Positions 51,575-64,000 of a stretch of DNA of 64,000 bases are shown here, piece after piece; the first letter of the stretch is position 1; each line of letters starts with the position of its first letter. The stretch lies in assembly GCF_009914755.1 (NCBI RefSeq), contig NC_060942.1. One strand, given 5' to 3'. This stretch comes from the human T2T-CHM13v2.0 reference genome, Homo sapiens. Under the pieces are notes generated by a model that worked only from the letters and a program-made list of their open reading frames with translations, ran no database searches and was not told where the DNA came from. A program made the position numbers and the translations under genes.

Positions 51575-52101
51575 ATGAACGCTCATTGAACTACATATTT
51601 CTAGGCCTCACTCTGGGAATTCTTAGGGCAGGGCCCTGTGTCAGTTTGCGAGGGCTGCCGTAACAAAGCACCATGGGCTGGGCGGCTTAAACAACAGACA
51701 TTTATTTTCTCATCGTTTCGGAGGCTACCAGTTTGAGACCAAGGTGTTGGGCAGGACTGGCTTCTTCTGAGTCCTCTCTCCTTGGGTGGTGGATGACCGT
51801 CTTCCCTGTGTCTTCACGTGGCCTTCCCTCTTGTGTCCTATGTGTTGATCTCCACCTGTAAGGACCCTGGTCACATTCGATTAGGGCCCACTCAGAATGA
51901 CCTCCATTTTACCTTAGTGACCTCTTTAAAGGCCCTGTCTTCAAAGACAGTTAAATTCTGAGGTACTGGGTGTTAGGACTTCAACACAGGAATTTGAGGG
52001 GACACATTTCAGCTCCTAACAGACTTAAAATATACGTTAAACAAATACCTCTAAGTGACTCTGATGCCACTGGGCCTCAGACCAACTTTTAGAAACACTG
52101 A
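51575..52101. mobile_element. MER5-like hAT fragment split by the MLT1A0 LTR
   Basis: Left part atttctaggcctcact...gggcagggccc; right part aacaaatacctctaagtgactctgatgc...gggcctcagaccaactttagaaacactg. Confidence 0.45.
51637..52021 (-). mobile_element. MLT1A0-type MaLR solo LTR
   Basis: tgtgtcagtttgcgagggctgccgtaacaaagcacca...ggcttaaacaacagacatttattttctca...attagggcccac...ttctgaggtactgggtgttaggacttcaaca...ctcctaaca. Confidence 0.9.
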
Positions 52102-53035
52102 ACGTCAATGTGCGGGAATTCCGCTAGGTACTGAGATAGAAGGGCAGGGTGTGGGCCTGCCCTTGAGAGGCAAGTACTCCTACAGGAACAATGCGAGAAC
52201 CCAAGAGATTACAAGCCTCTGTGCCTTCGAGGGTGTATGCTCCCGTGTCATATAGACATACGTTGTTAAAGCTGTCCCATCCTATCTTTTACATTTGTGT
52301 CTGTCTCCTGAAGTAGGCAGAAGGAGGGCTCTGCATCTGCGAACATGGATGATTTATACGTGATGCACCCATCTCTTACATTAGACTTCACTTTTAGATC
52401 AGACACTTTATTTTGTTAGAATAGCTGAAAATCTGTATCGGGATATTCTGCCCACAGAATATCCTTCTGCTGTATGTTCAGGTGCCTTTGTTGTAGTCAC
52501 GAATAAAATTAGCACAGCTAACATCTCAGATATCAGAATAAAGACTGGCCCTTTTCTCAAAATGCACATAATATAGGGTTTCTTTTAGTTTGACCTGAAA
52601 ATTCATTGCCAAAATTTTATGCTTTCCATGTTCTGCTTGTTTGTTCATACACAGACGTACAAATGCATGCAGGTGAATAAGGTAAAGTTCAGAAGATGCT
52701 TCCATAGAACTGTTGCCCTTCAAAAGATAGGAATTCTGAAACAATGTGTTATGTTATTACAGCTCAGTGCTATTTCTTGTGAGTGTTTTATATAGCCTGG
52801 TTAACCTCTTTCTACGTTAACCCAGAAGCAGTGGCATGTGCAGTTTTGTTCCAGAGAGCAGGAGTTACCAAGACTCCTCTCATACTCCTGGATCTCTTCT
52901 CTCTCCACTAAGGAAGTGCTAGTAGCTGGTAGCTGTTTGTCAGGGCAGGATGGGTGTTCGTTCTCACTGCACAGTTTCCATGCCACCCTGGGCATGGGAT
53001 GCGGGAGCACGCTCACCACCTTCATTCAGGGCGGA

Positions 53036-53130
53036 GTGTGTGTGCGTGCGTGTGTGTGCGTATGTGTGCATGGGTGTGTGTGCCTGGGTGTGCGTGGGTG
53101 TGCGTGCGTGTGCATGCGCAGGGCATGCGC
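53036..53130. repeat. Imperfect (TG)n/(TGCG)n purine-pyrimidine tract
   Basis: gtgtgtgtgcgtgcgtgtgtgtgcgtatgtgtgcatggg...tgcgtgcgtgtgcatgcgca. Confidence 0.85.
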
Positions 53131-54496
53131 AGGGGCAGGAAGTGCTTCGTTTCTTCAGCTCGTGCAGGTGCTAGTTGTAGCATGTGACTTATCACTGGTT
53201 TCTGTGGTTTGCTGCATTTTTTGTGCAAACCATTGTCAACATGCGTGAGTACAGTGAACGGATGTCTTAGAATGTCATACAGCTGCAACTGTGGTGACAA
53301 GAAATAGCTTCAAACTCAAAGTCCATAAGAAAACAGAAAAATCAAGGATGAATTCTTGCAACAGAGGCTGCTTCGCTTCAGAAACGTTATGAAGAACGTG
53401 TGTGATGACCAATCATGAGCATTACATTAAAAATATGGGGAAGAGGTTTCCTGTAAATGTGTGCAAATGGCAACAAGAAAATATTGAAGAGCTTTTTCTA
53501 AGTATATATAGTCCAATTAAGAGTTATATAAAACAAGTTTTCCTGGGAGGAAAGTTCATTTCAAAGGTCACATGATCTTTGGGGCTGGGTGGTCATAGAG
53601 TATTAAAAGAAAAAACATGATCATACCAAGTTTATTCATCTGCCTGAATTGTGAATCTTCACATTGGAAATTTAAAAATTTTGTCCATGAACTTCACTGG
53701 ATTTAATAGCTCCCAGCAACAATCAGAGCTATACATTAGATTTCACTTCTATCAGTTGAAAGGTATTATACATTATTATTATACATTATTATCTAAAGGA
53801 TTGAGATTATATCTCCATAAATCACACTGTGGATTAAATTATGGCTTTCACAGATTCTGTCTGAAATATAATTGAGAATTATCTGCAGAATTTGGTTTGC
53901 TTTTAAAATGTGAATTGTTGGAGAAATGAATTGTTAGCCAGGGAATTATTATACATGCCACATTTCTCAAATTTCTGCAGGCTGATAAAGTATTGAAAAA
54001 GAAATGCTTTAGAAGTATATTCAGTGCAGCAAACTTACCTTTGACTGTGTGCTGTTGGCCAGGTGACATACTAGAGGCCACATAAGTGCAAGGAAGAGCA
54101 GTCTTTGCCCTCGGGCTCGGCTGGAAGTAGTGGCCACAGAAGGCATTTAGGAGTGGCAGGACCCATGCTGGGCGTGCTTCTGAGACCCACTCTCATTTTA
54201 ACAGAGTAGGGAAGGCCTTCCGAGAAGACAGTGGGGTAGGAAGAGCCCTGACTAACGGGCCCCAGCCCCCACCCTGCTGCTGTCTAAGGGAGATTTTACC
54301 ACCCTCTCCATTCTCTACCCCCGTGTCGTGTTCCCAAACGTGACAACTCACCCACTGGAGTGACTGCATGCCAGAAAAGCAGGGCTTTCTACACCGAGTC
54401 CCACTAAAGCACAATGACTTCCCAGTCATTAATAAATCCTGTTTATTCAAGGTCAGTTTATAACCCTCTTGGGCCATGGGTGTTTGCAGACCTGAA

Positions 54497-54556
54497 AGGT
54501 GGCATGCCCCCACACACATAGCAGCAGGTGTCATTCCCCCATACACATAGCAGCAG
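54497..54556. repeat. 29-bp tandem duplication
   Basis: aggtggcatgcccccacacacatagcagc (54497-54525) and aggtgtcattcccccatacacatagcagc (54526-54554). Confidence 0.88.
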
Positions 54557-56117
54557 TTCACTCACCTGCAAGACCTCACACTCATGTAATAACAACACAG
54601 ATTGCAGACCTCATAATCACCTGTAAAGGGCCAGGGGAGCTGATTAATAAGGGGAGTTCAGCTTCCTGTGCTATTCAGTAATATAATGGTCATCATATTT
54701 AAAACAGCTTCAGGTAACAGGAAAACAGTCATTAAAGTGATAATGCAATGAGGTAATAGAATCACTGGATTTCAATAATATCCATTTTCTATTCTTTTGT
54801 TTAACTGATTTTTTGCATGAACTAATCCTATACTGGTTCTGAATAGTTTTCCTTACCTTTTACCCGTGAAAGAGAAAATGGGTCTTTTTTTTATGTAAAG
54901 GACATTGATAGTCTTTAGAGTGTGAGGAAAATTGATCAAAATATTAATTAGACTTTTGTTTTGCTAGTTTGCGTTAGACAGATGGAGTTCTGATCTTTAA
55001 CAGCACTGTGACTCATGAAACTGCTTGTGTACTAAATGCCATTATTAACACAACAGTAGTTTTCAGCAGTTGGTAATTATTGGCATAATTAAACATTTAT
55101 CAAGAAACGAGTATTTATCATTCATTAAACTTTCATTAAAAATCCATCTTAGCACAGGCTAGATTAGCCAGTGATTTTCAAGTCGTAACTTCTTAACTTC
55201 TGGCAGGAATATGGAGCATTTTCATAATAACCAAAGTTGTACACAAGGTAATGTTCCAGGAATTGTGGGCAATTACAGGATTTCAGATTCATTTTGTATT
55301 AAGTGTTTTTTGAGACTTGGACCCAGAGTGAGAAAGGTACTTGGCAATACTCTTTAGGGTTTACAGCACTTGGCAATTTTTAGCAGCTGATCCAGGAAAA
55401 CATGTTACCCTTGGCAAAGAAAAGTTACTGCTAAGCAAGCTCTAAGATATTTACATAATTTAAATTCCCCAAAACATGGAGTGTTTACATAGTTTAGGGC
55501 ATGAAACTTTCTATCGTAAGTAGAAGCCAGAATAGAAGTAGAGACCAGCGGAATCACACTCTAAACGCCTGGACCCGAGAGCTCCCCCCACACTGAGGGG
55601 TTGGTTTTCTTCTGGTTCCCCTGCCACACTAAGGCTGTCCGTCAAACAAGCTTTTCCGTGTCACACGGAATGTGTCACCTGATGCACAATGAGACTGCGA
55701 TCTGGGGGCTGTTCCGATGTGTTGACTTGCTTAGATAACACAGTTGCTTCCCAGAATTAAGGGATAAATAGTGTCGAACTTGACACTCAGGGAATTTCAC
55801 CTGCTGGCTGCCCTCAGCTCCTTCATCCCAAGTTCCCTGCTTTTCCATGTTGACTGTGCACTGCCCTCAGCTGTCCACTTTGACTCTCCACAGACCATTT
55901 GATGTTGTTATGCTTTTGTTGTGTTCAAAAGTTGAAATCTCTTGACATATTAACCTTATAGCCCACCAACCTTCTCTCTTCTCTCGACTCTAAGGTAGGT
56001 GTACAGTGCCCCAGCCTCTGGTTTGGACTGGCTGCACGATCAGAGTTTTCCCCCTGCCCACTAACTGGAAAGCTTCATACGCATTTAGCATACTGGGTGT
56101 CCTCGCCAGGAGGAGAC

Positions 56118-56795
56118 ATGGGGGAAGATAGTATTAGGTAACTAAGACTGCTCAGAATGGGGGGAAGATAGTATTAGATAACTAAGAGTGCTCGGAATGG
56201 GGGGAAGATAGCATTAGATAACTAAGAGTGCTCAGAATAGGGGGAAGACAGTATTAGATAACTAAGACTGCTCAGAATTGGGGGAAGACAGTATTAGATA
56301 ACTAAGAGTGCTCGGAATGGGGGGAAGATAGTATTAGATAACTGAGAGTGCTCAGAATGGGGGGAAGATAGTATTAGATAACTAAGAGTGCTCGGAATGG
56401 GGGAAGATAGTATTAGTTAACTAAGAGTGCTCAGAATGGGGGGAAGATAGTATTAGATAACTGAGAGTGCTCGGAATGGGGGGAAGATAGTATTAGATAA
56501 CTAAGACTGCTCGGAATGGGGGGAAGATAGTATTAGATAACTAAGAGTGCTCGGAATGGGGGGAAGATAGCATTAGATAACTAAGAGTGCTCAGAATAGG
56601 GGGAAGACAGTATTAGATAACTAAGACTGCTCAGAATGGGGGGAAGACAGTATTAGATAACTTAGAGTGCTCGGAATGGGGGGAAGATAGTATTAGATAA
56701 CTGAGAGTGCTCGGAATGGGGGGAAGATAGTATTAGGTAACTAAGCGTGCTCAGAATGGGGGGAAGATAGTATTAGATAACTAAGAATGCTCGGA
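56118..56795. repeat. Minisatellite, 40-bp unit x 17
   Basis: Consensus ATGGGGGGAAGATAGTATTAGATAACTAAGAGTGCTCRGA; 17 head-to-tail units (two of 39 nt) with 0-4 substitutions each. Confidence 0.98.
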
Positions 56796-57681
56796 AAGCC
56801 TCTCCACATATATGCTAGTGCTTCAAATCTTGTTCTATATTCAGCAACTTCGTTTTTGTTTTCTCCTGGGCGAAAAATTTACTGTATCGGTGCTTTTATG
56901 TCACAAGAATGAATTGAATTTGTACCCTTTAGTACAAACAACAATAGACAGAGTGGTAACCTAGTGGAAAACAAATAGACACTCCGTCCCTTGTGGGGAT
57001 TCAGAGAGGTTCAGAAAGATGGAGGTGACGGTGGAGAGGTGGCAGATAAAAAGAGGCCAAAGCAGGGAAGAATCCTGCGGTCATTTATTACCATGCCATC
57101 TTCATAGTGTTTGCTGAACCAAGGTGCAGAGTAATGATTCAGACAAATGACGTTAATCATCATAGCTGGCCCTTTGGCAAAAATGGAATACCTAGCATTG
57201 CAGCGGGAGACCTAATCAGATTCTCCAAAACTTGCTTCAGAAGGAGAGAATTTCCTGTCTTCAGTTTTTCTGTCAATGGCTTCCCGTGGGATATATCATC
57301 TTTAAAAGAAACAGTGATAAGAAATTGTGCCCTCTTCCCTTCTCCTTTCCCTGACCCTCTGAAAAATAATCGCATTAAACTTTATGATTAATATTTATAG
57401 TGAAAATGTATTATTTTTATATTTTCTTCATATTTATCTAATGTGATAAGATGGCAAGAGCTATAATGACTAGTCAAGTCGTATTTTCCATAATCCTGAT
57501 AATCAGAGTTTATCTTTACTTTCTTGGAAACTATTTTAAATGGCCTTGTGCATCATGAAACCAAGCTGTGTTATACACACATATCAGCGTTCTGTAATTC
57601 TACTCTACACACTGTGAAAGCATATGTAGATCTGATCAGAGGTTGACTGATGGTTAAGCATATTCTCAGTACATTTGGTAA

Positions 57682-58067
<386 letters not shown>

Positions 58068-59999
58068 GGGTTTTTTTTTTTTAAATCAGGCTTCATTGGT
58101 AGGATGTAGTGATTATTGTTTGTGGGTACAAGGTCATTAACAAAACCAAAAAATGGTTTAGTTCTAAATATTTTCAGATTTATTAATTAGGTACATTTTG
58201 TCATCATTTTATCCCACATACTTTGGTGCTTAGATACTTGGCACATAATGCTATTGTGTAGAAGAGAAAACAATTTAGAGTTTCAGTCATACATCATCTC
58301 TGGGGGAAACTAAGTTGACATGTGGGAGGTTAATGTATACACTTTAGATTCCTCGCTTGGTTTGCTGTTTTCTTCTTCATAACTCTAGGTAAACAGTTTG
58401 TGCTGCCATTTAATGCACAAGTTAAGTGTAGTTGCAGGCTATTATACATCATTAAAGTAAGTACATAATATTCACTCATGGAAGAAAGATGGAAGCTTTT
58501 CACTTGTAGCTGCTTGGACATTTCATTTGTCATCTAATACGGCACTGAAAAAATTAGTTGTGGCAGCTCTCATGTAATTTATAGCTGAATGCCATGAAAT
58601 TAAGCAGTGAGCACACCGTTTTGGCTGATGAGTGTGCATGTGTTTTGCATCTTCCCATTCCAATGACAGATTTGGCAGAAACACAGTGCTGGCCATTCAA
58701 AAGTTTGTCTCTGTTACCCTGCTTTCATTACCCTTTCACCAAACACAGGATTCGTCTTTGAACACAGAGCTTCTTTTAACAATTATGAGAAAGTGAGATA
58801 CCTGTTAGAGTCCAGAAATGACATCAGGGGCCTTCTCCCATCATTCCATCATTTTATTACGATACTTCTACCTGTCATATCAGGAAACAAAGCAAATAAC
58901 GGTTTAGTGATGATGATTGACGTTCAGTATGGCAAATGGAATAGGTAGATACCAATAGAATGGACCTCAGGGTCTCGTTCTCTATATCTGGTCAATAACC
59001 AATATATTACTAATCACATCCAATAAACAGAATACCAGAAATGTGTATTTTTATCTGCCAGCCAGCAGTCATGGAATAATGTTTTTAAAGGTGAGAAACT
59101 GCCATGCACAGGAAGGAGCAGTGGCTGATACGTCCTGCAGCTAGAAGAGCTCCTGTGCATTACAGCTAGACAGCTCATCCCAGTGAAATCTCATGTGTAT
59201 CTGATTACCAATGGGCATTGCGTCCGCCTCGCCTCTGGAATACATTGCAAATGCCAGTTCTTGACTTCTGAGGATTCCATTAGCTGAGATATCTTGTGAT
59301 AGGGAGAGGTATCACAGTAGAATAGGATCTATAGGTATTAGTGTCAAGAAGAATAATGTCTTGCTTGCCCTTTCTCCTAGGTTATTGCATAGGTTATACA
59401 AAGATTGGGATGAGTTAATAGAAAACAAAGAAACCAGAGGTGGCAGGAATGGGTGAGAGGTGGGCGAAGCCACAACATTGCAGAAATACATGACTTCTGC
59501 TGGTGCCAAAAATAACGTGTCTTTTTTTTCTCCCAAAGCAGTTGAATGCATAAAAGCACCTGATGTAATCATTGTAGTCATCCTTCACTGTGTAAAGCTG
59601 AGGCTTAACAGAGGATATTTATGCAAAAGTGATACTGAGAGTTCTGAAAACCCATTCTAAGTTTTAGCAAGAGCTTTTCAACCTTTGCAGATGTATTGCA
59701 GTAGTGATGAGCAAAATAGTATAATTCTTTGATTTCATTTTCACTGTGATTTACAAAAATAAAACGATGTTCACAGGGAAAAAAAAAAAGTATGATTTAG
59801 GGATGGAGGGAAGTGTGACCTGACAGTCCCTGACTGAGCATGGTGCCCTCATTGGATGTCTCACAGGAGAGAATTCATACCATTTGTTGTGAAACAACAT
59901 ACCTGAAAGAATCAGACCTACCTTGTTCACACCCAAGATGAGGAAAATGATTTATTATCTGTCCCTTGAATTTCTCTGAGCATTCTGTCTAAACTTTAA

Positions 60000-62900
60000 A
60001 GGACGATTACATTTGCGATTAAATCTTAACAAATGTTGTTTTAACTAGACTGCAATATGTGTTATTGACAACAAGCGACTTTTCTTCTCAAAATAACATT
60101 GATACTTAGGCATGCAATGTACAAAAATGACAAGAAAGGGTGGTACTTTTTCCAAGGTGAATGTGAGTTGACTGATTAGCTGGTATTTTAACTTAGATTC
60201 TTGCAAATTACAGACATAAGAAACCCTGCAATTTATATGTACTTTAGAAGTGAAAGCTTTAATCCCGTGATTCATGAAAGCAAAGTGGTAATAATTTAAG
60301 TACCATATTTTATTTATCCCTCAGAGTTGTCAACTGATACCAGAAGTATTTCCACTCTTTTGGGGTTGCTGCCTTTGGCCATCTAATTGCTTCTTAGGAA
60401 GGAAGAGGGAAATTGCTTCTAGAACTACGCGGATTGTCTTTGGCAGCGTCGAGCTGAGGCATCAATCAGTCCATCTGGGTAAAATCACAAGCTGACTCCG
60501 ATATTGCTAAATATTTATACTGTCAAATACACACAGACATCCAGATGAAAAGAGGCATTCATTAGGAATTCTCCAGCTTGTCAGTTTAAAGATGTAGATT
60601 AGAGCAAAGCCTCCCACTATGGTACTGAGTGCTCAAGAAAAGTCTATATTTAGCCATTCTGAGCAATAAATATCATCATATTGCCTCATTTAGGTAAATA
60701 GAGAATAAATATTGTCAAGATGATCTAGAGATAATGTAAACAGATCCCTGTTCAGAGTCTGTGTTGCAGGGGAAATTCCAGGACAGTGATGTGCCGATGA
60801 TGCTTTTTGGTTTAACCCTTTTTCTTAATCACACACCCCTCCCCTTTTTGGTAGCAAAGATTGTGTTGCTGACAGACTAGGGGGAAAGATGAAGAAAAAA
60901 ACTTTGTAACCGCAAAGGTGATTTCCAGTTCTATGAATTAGAACACTAATTAGTGCTGTGCTGCGGTCTTGTCTCGATGGCGCCAAAAGCTGCTGCCGCC
61001 GCCGAAAATAAAGATATCTGCAGCAACACTGAAGTTCATTTCAGAGTTCCACAGAGCTAATGAAGCCCGTCCGTCTCAAGGGAACATTACAGCTCAAAGG
61101 TTAAGACATTATTTTACAGTACACCAAGGTAATGCTCGCGCTGGAATTTCTTTCGTAGCACATTGTTCTGAGATAAGATTTTTCACACTGAGCATTTGCC
61201 ATGAAAGACTGCGATCTGTGCCTTGACACAGTTCCATTTCTGTACAGAAACTCGGCAGGCCCCTTGCATGACAGTTTGGCTCAAGTGTGTTCTGTATGAG
61301 CAGAGAATGTGTCCCTTCTCAGGGGGGCACGTGCTCATTGCTCTTCCCTGGTAATTGATAATCTTAGAAGTTATACTCATTGGGAATTTTAACTGATGTC
61401 AAAGTTTTAGTTAATTACACTAGATGATTTTTTTGAGATTAATAATTAACATCTCTCTTTATAACTAAATATCCATAATTAATCAGCAAATCATAACGTG
61501 AAGACTAATTAACTTCAAACTCAAATCTTAACAGAAAATCCATATTACTCTCCAACATCATTAATTACCAGAGTAATCAAAGTTATCCCTCATGGGATAA
61601 AACATAAAGCTTTGTGGGTTTATCAGCTAAGCTGTTAGCACAGAAGAATTTCCAGAGTAACTTCAAATGGCATTACCGATTACAAAATTGTTAGATTATT
61701 TAAACCCATGTTCATTGGCCACATGTTACATTGTCAATAAGCTGCTCCCAGGAGCTGGATGGGTAACCAACAAAGCAGAAACTTCCCCATAGTGTCTGAG
61801 GTTTTTTTTTCCACGGGAGGTGAATACAGCGATTTCTGGCAAGCAGGTAATTGGATTGACTGTCTTTAAAACTACCTTGTACTCCTTTGTTTCTTAGCCT
61901 CACAGAATGCTAGTTAGCTAGTTTAAAATGGGTTAGCAGGAAGCCAAAGTGTACACCTGACATTGTTCATAAGGGGGAATATTTTATCAATAATAAAAAG
62001 TGTGAAATGTCATATCTAGCAATTATTAAGTGTTAGGGACAACGAAAAGGTGATACTGTGTAAAGGAAGGGAAGCACCATGCAAGAACAAAAAATTAACA
62101 TGGACATCAAAAGACATGAAATGGGGCCAGTTTCTAAGAAACAGAATGACACCACCATTAACAATGGAGAAGTGCCTTTTCAGGGGTTCGCTTAGAAACT
62201 TAGGAGTTAAACGTGTATTTAAAATCCATGTTTCAATTACTGTATCACCTAATCTTCCAAGCATACACATGGAATACTGTTCCTTTGTGTGGCAGCTGTA
62301 AAAATCCTAAGCAGTTTTTACTGTCAAGAAAACTCTGAATAAACAGGGGCTGTTAACTTAGGCAGATATCTGAGGTTATTTGGTGGCAATCAAGAACTCG
62401 CAGCACTTCAACTAATGGGTTATGATCAGAAACTGTTCCTAATAGCCAGCTAGACGGATCTGAATATGAAGATTTCTATAATTTTGTTGTCAGCTTGTGA
62501 TGTACTCTAGTGCTAATTATTTGGAACAATTATGTTTTCCTAATAACAAAAGAAGAAGCAGTGAATTAAGCAGGCTTACCTTCACATCTTTAGATAACAG
62601 TTTAAATGCACTTGCCATTAAGAAATAACATTTCTTTTTGCCTTACGGAGCCCTAATTATTTAAGATGCTTGTCTTTTAAAATCTACCGCTTCCACTTCT
62701 TCTAAACCTGTTCGATGTGTCAGTTTACACTGATGATTTCAGTAACTAGTATTTTCTCAGTCTTAGGTTTATGCCTGTACCTCCATAGACTGCTTACTTC
62801 ATTTAGTTATTCAAAAACCATAATTAGTGCAGTAATTAACGTGTGGATCCTTCAAAGGAAGACTGCTAGAATCATGGGACGTGTCTCATCATTCTTACTG
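60000..62900. promoter_or_regulatory. Candidate cluster of conserved non-coding / developmental enhancer elements
   Basis: No recognisable transposon; dense TAATTA/TAATTG homeodomain cores (at least six within 61350-61570), TGTCA/TGACA and GTAAACA motifs, and a CpG micro-cluster at 60963-61004. Inference from composition only. Confidence 0.4.
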
Positions 62901-64000
62901 ATGTGTGGATGATAAAGAGACTGAGGCTGCTGTGACAACAGGACTTGTATTACTGCACAGTAACGGTGCTGCAGGGAAATTCAGACAGGACCTTGGTCCA
63001 CAGAGCCCCAACGTTTGAAAAAAGTAATTATCCACACTGTTTCCATAATTCAGCTAGGTGTTATCCTGCATTTGCAGCTGTCAAATCATTTGTTTTAAAT
63101 GTTTTTTTAAATATCTTATGAATACTTGAAAGTTTTGAGTTTTGCAGATTATCTCTCAGCCTATTTCTAAGCACAGGGGCCAAGCTTTTTTTTTTTTTTT
63201 TTTTTTAATCCATTACAGAGTCTTTCCTGACAATTTATTTCAGGCATTTGATAGTAATTTGAGTTAATGCAGGTTATAGTTTCAAAATCATAGTCATAAA
63301 GAAAAAGCTCAATTTTATACATTTCCCTAGAGAATTTTTTTTTTTGGTTCAATCTCAGTTTTCTCATAAGCGGAATTTCTTGTTTTCAAGCTATGGAAAT
63401 GAGTTGTATGCAGTTGAATTTGGCTGGGTATGACAGAGAGAGGTGCCGATAATGGTTCTGCAGTGCTCACAGCTACCTTGTTGGTCTCTCTCTCTGGTTC
63501 TTTCATTTAGAACGTTTGGCCTTTAACTTCCTATAAACAGAGGCCCATTTTTCACACCATGTCATTCATTGACATCTGCCCCCAAAATTCTGTGCTGCAT
63601 TTTATCCCTCAGATAGCTCATGTGAACTGGGATGAAGTAGCTTTGATCACGTGGAGTGATGTGCATTTCCTGCCTAAAGGAATTTTTGTCACAGTCATGA
63701 GAATGCTGCCAATTTGGGCTTCTTCGGAGCCTAAAGTCCAGGCTGAAGTGTGAGTAGGGTGTTGATATTAGATACTGGATATTGATAGGGAACAGTCATA
63801 TAACGAGAACTTTATTTCAATTGAGTGGCTACGGGTTGATTCCCCATGTTTAATATACTAAAAAAAGATACTGGGTATTGATCTGTGTTCAAAATGGGGT
63901 GGAAGATTCTGTCTTCCTCTAAATTTTATCAAGTGGAATATACCTTTATATTCTTAATATCTTGTCAGTGTGTTCCGCATTTACAGTACATCTTTATGTA

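Noticed and set aside
56118-56795. 40-bp periodic array as a possible CRISPR array
   Set aside because: Units are head-to-tail with no unique spacers, there are no cas genes, and the context is primate DNA.

Overview
Non-coding mammalian DNA, almost certainly human: it carries a human-specific L1HS Ta-1 insertion and an AluYg6. I found no host protein-coding exon, RNA gene or prokaryote-type system. The only ORF with real protein homology is the 200-aa C-terminal remnant of LINE-1 ORF2 (21942-22544); the other listed ORFs come from Alus, L1s, tandem repeats or chance. The window holds six Alus, old L1M/L2/MIR fossils, DNA-transposon and MaLR relics (MER20, MER44B, MER3-like, MER5-like, MSTA, MLT1A0) and two minisatellites. 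One is a 15-bp array grown out of a hairpin; the other is a 40-bp array with 27 GATA motifs. Long transposon-poor, homeodomain-motif-rich stretches (about 47-50 kb and 52-64 kb) resemble the conserved enhancer terrain of a large intron or gene desert near a developmental regulator (inference; locus not identified). The most notable observations are: (1) three unusual L1 integration junctions, namely a ~64-bp twin-primed mini-L1, a foldback copy of the target site, and a Ta-1 insertion with almost no TSD; (2) a duplicated 24-nt module 1 kb apart, each copy inside an ATG-to-splice-donor mini-ORF of the same phase (LYETEKAAS / LYETENAAS); (3) a 30-bp perfect palindrome. Repeat names were assigned from remembered consensus sequences, and the boundaries of old repeats are approximate.
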